Below are positions 62,222-64,000 of a stretch of 64,000 bases of DNA, one piece after another. The DNA is from Tubiluchus corallicola (lineage: Eukaryota; Animalia; Priapulida), in the NCBI GenBank assembly GCA_030141605.1, contig JAQGDQ010001035.1:1-64000 (forward strand), written 5' to 3'. A program made the position numbers and the translations under genes. Below the pieces are notes generated by a model. It ran no database searches. It worked only from the letters and a program-made list of their open reading frames with translations, and had not been told where the DNA came from. The number at the start of each line of letters is the position of its first letter. Position 1 is the stretch's first letter.

Positions 62222-62299
62222 GTAAGTGCCGTTTTACTAGTAATGCACAAACGTTTGTCGCATAAAATACATTCTATAAGTCCAAATGATGCTAATAAT

Positions 62300-62540
62300 T
62301 TCCTAATAATGATGATGATGATGATGGCGATGACTACGATAATGATGAAGATGATGATGGTGGTGATGATGATGATGTTGATAATGATGATGATGATGAT
62401 GGTGATGACTACGATGATGATGATGATTATGATGTTGATAATGATGATGACGACAATGATGATGACGACGATGATGATGATGATGATAATGATGACAACA
62501 ACAATGATGATGATGATGATAGCGACGACTACGATAACTC
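62300..62540 (+). repeat. Degenerate (GAT)n microsatellite
   Basis: GAT/GAC/AAT triplet run in a malate synthase intron. Confidence 0.93.
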
Positions 62541-63577
62541 CAGGAGGTCTCCCGGAGGTGCAAAATTTTTCTAATTTAGACGTATCGCTTTTGAGCGTCT
62601 ATCCGATTGAGTTGTAGTAACACAGAAAAACCGATTGAAAAGAACAAAAGAAGAACCGTAGTCAATTCGAAAGCAGGAAGCGTTCATTTAAAAGATTTAT
62701 TCATTTGAGTTAAACAGTTACCAATTGACATAGCAGTCTCAATTACAACTGACATAGTAAATTACAATATGTTGGCAAAGGAGTTACACAACCCGTACTA
62801 CCTAGCATTGCAACCACGAAAATTATTATCATGGCATCTTACATGCTAACTAGTTTTTTGAAGGAGCAAATATTGGGTAGTGTTTTTCATTGCTTAGGAT
62901 TCATAACGCTGACATGTCACCTCAGTCAAACTGTTTGGATATTAAATTTTTGTAGCAATTCATGGCAGTTCATTGAACAAAATAACCAGTCTTACACACA
63001 AATCACAAAAAATACATCAGTAGTCCATGTTTGCATCATGCAATTTTTAGTTAACCTAAAATCTAATATTTTTAGGCATTTAGGTATTTTAACCAAGCAG
63101 AATTTGAGCAAAACTGCAGTTATTTAACTAGAGCTGATATATTTGTTATTCTGTTATCCACTCTTATAGTATAAGAAAAGAGAAATTTAAGTTTATACTA
63201 GGCAGTGTATCATGGACTTATTTATTGTGTTATGCAATAAAAACTTATTTGAAGCATTCATTAATTTATAGTTGAATAACGTTGTAAACAGAATCAATGG
63301 TAAATTTTAGGCCCATCTAATCATATAGTGTACTCATTCTACTGCACTATTAAATCTATAATTTCACCTTTTGATTCTAATGATGATAAATAAACTTATT
63401 ATTATTAAACAATTAACATTATTAACTACTTAACTTATTATACTTGTACTGATTTTTTTGTATAATAATAGTGTTGGACATTGTTATTTTGGTTTTTTTT
63501 ATTTCACAGCAGCGCTAAACGTCCTGACCTGCATGCTAAAACCTTATACAGTGTATTTGTTTATGTATTCGTGTGAA

Positions 63578-63947
63578 GATCATCATCATTATTATCATCA
63601 CCATTGGCATTGTCATCATTACCATCATCATCATCATCATCATTGTCGTCATCATCATTATCATCATCATTGTCGTCGTCATCATCATCATCATTATCAT
63701 CACCATTGTCATTGTCATCGTTACCATCATCATCATCATCATCATTGTCGTCATCATCATTTCATCATTATCATCGTTATCATCATCATCATTGTAGTCG
63801 CCGCTATCATCATCATCATCATTGTCGTTGTTGTCATCATCATCATCGTCATCATCATCATTGTCGTCGTCATCATTATCACCATTATCATCATCATTAT
63901 CATCATCATCATAGTCGTCGCCATCATCATCATCATCATCATCATTA
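63578..63947 (-). repeat. Degenerate (ATC)n microsatellite, inverted relative to 62300-62540
   Basis: ATC/GTC/ATT triplet run with a shared unique flank (see findings). Confidence 0.93.
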
Positions 63948-64000
63948 CGTATACAGCATCATTTGGATTTACAGAATGTATTTTTCCTACATACAATTTA

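Noticed and set aside
62135-63996. Met-, His- or Ile-rich ORFs, and candidate next malate synthase exons near 62955 and 63510
   Set aside because: The ORFs are microsatellite translations; the candidate acceptors give early stops or no malate synthase similarity.

Overview
AT-rich, intron-rich, repeat-dense eukaryotic (most likely invertebrate animal) genomic DNA; nothing prokaryotic or CRISPR-like is seen. Positions 1-28862 form a giant inverted duplication: arms of at least ~13.5 kb, near-identical, meeting at two oppositely oriented CAA-rich arrays around a ~1.3 kb non-mirrored centre. Each arm carries the 3' exons of POLG2 (mitochondrial DNA polymerase gamma accessory subunit), and the minus-strand copy can be followed to its start codon at 34270. 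Transcribed in the opposite direction are an intronless-CDS GINS2/PSF2 (39862-40407) and a spliced malate synthase (41987 to beyond 62221, 3' part not found in the window). All three coding regions begin just after a splice acceptor. Repeats include a 5S-rRNA-headed SINE (5 independent insertions, 8 copies), a near-intact Gmr1-type (PR-IN-RT-RH) gypsy LTR retrotransposon inside a 63-bp minisatellite, a LINE relic that seeded a 65-bp satellite, and several hAT, Tc1/pogo and piggyBac-type MITEs. A second pair of inverted microsatellite arrays lies at the right end. Gene identities come from remembered motif similarity and hand-assembled exons, not from database searches.
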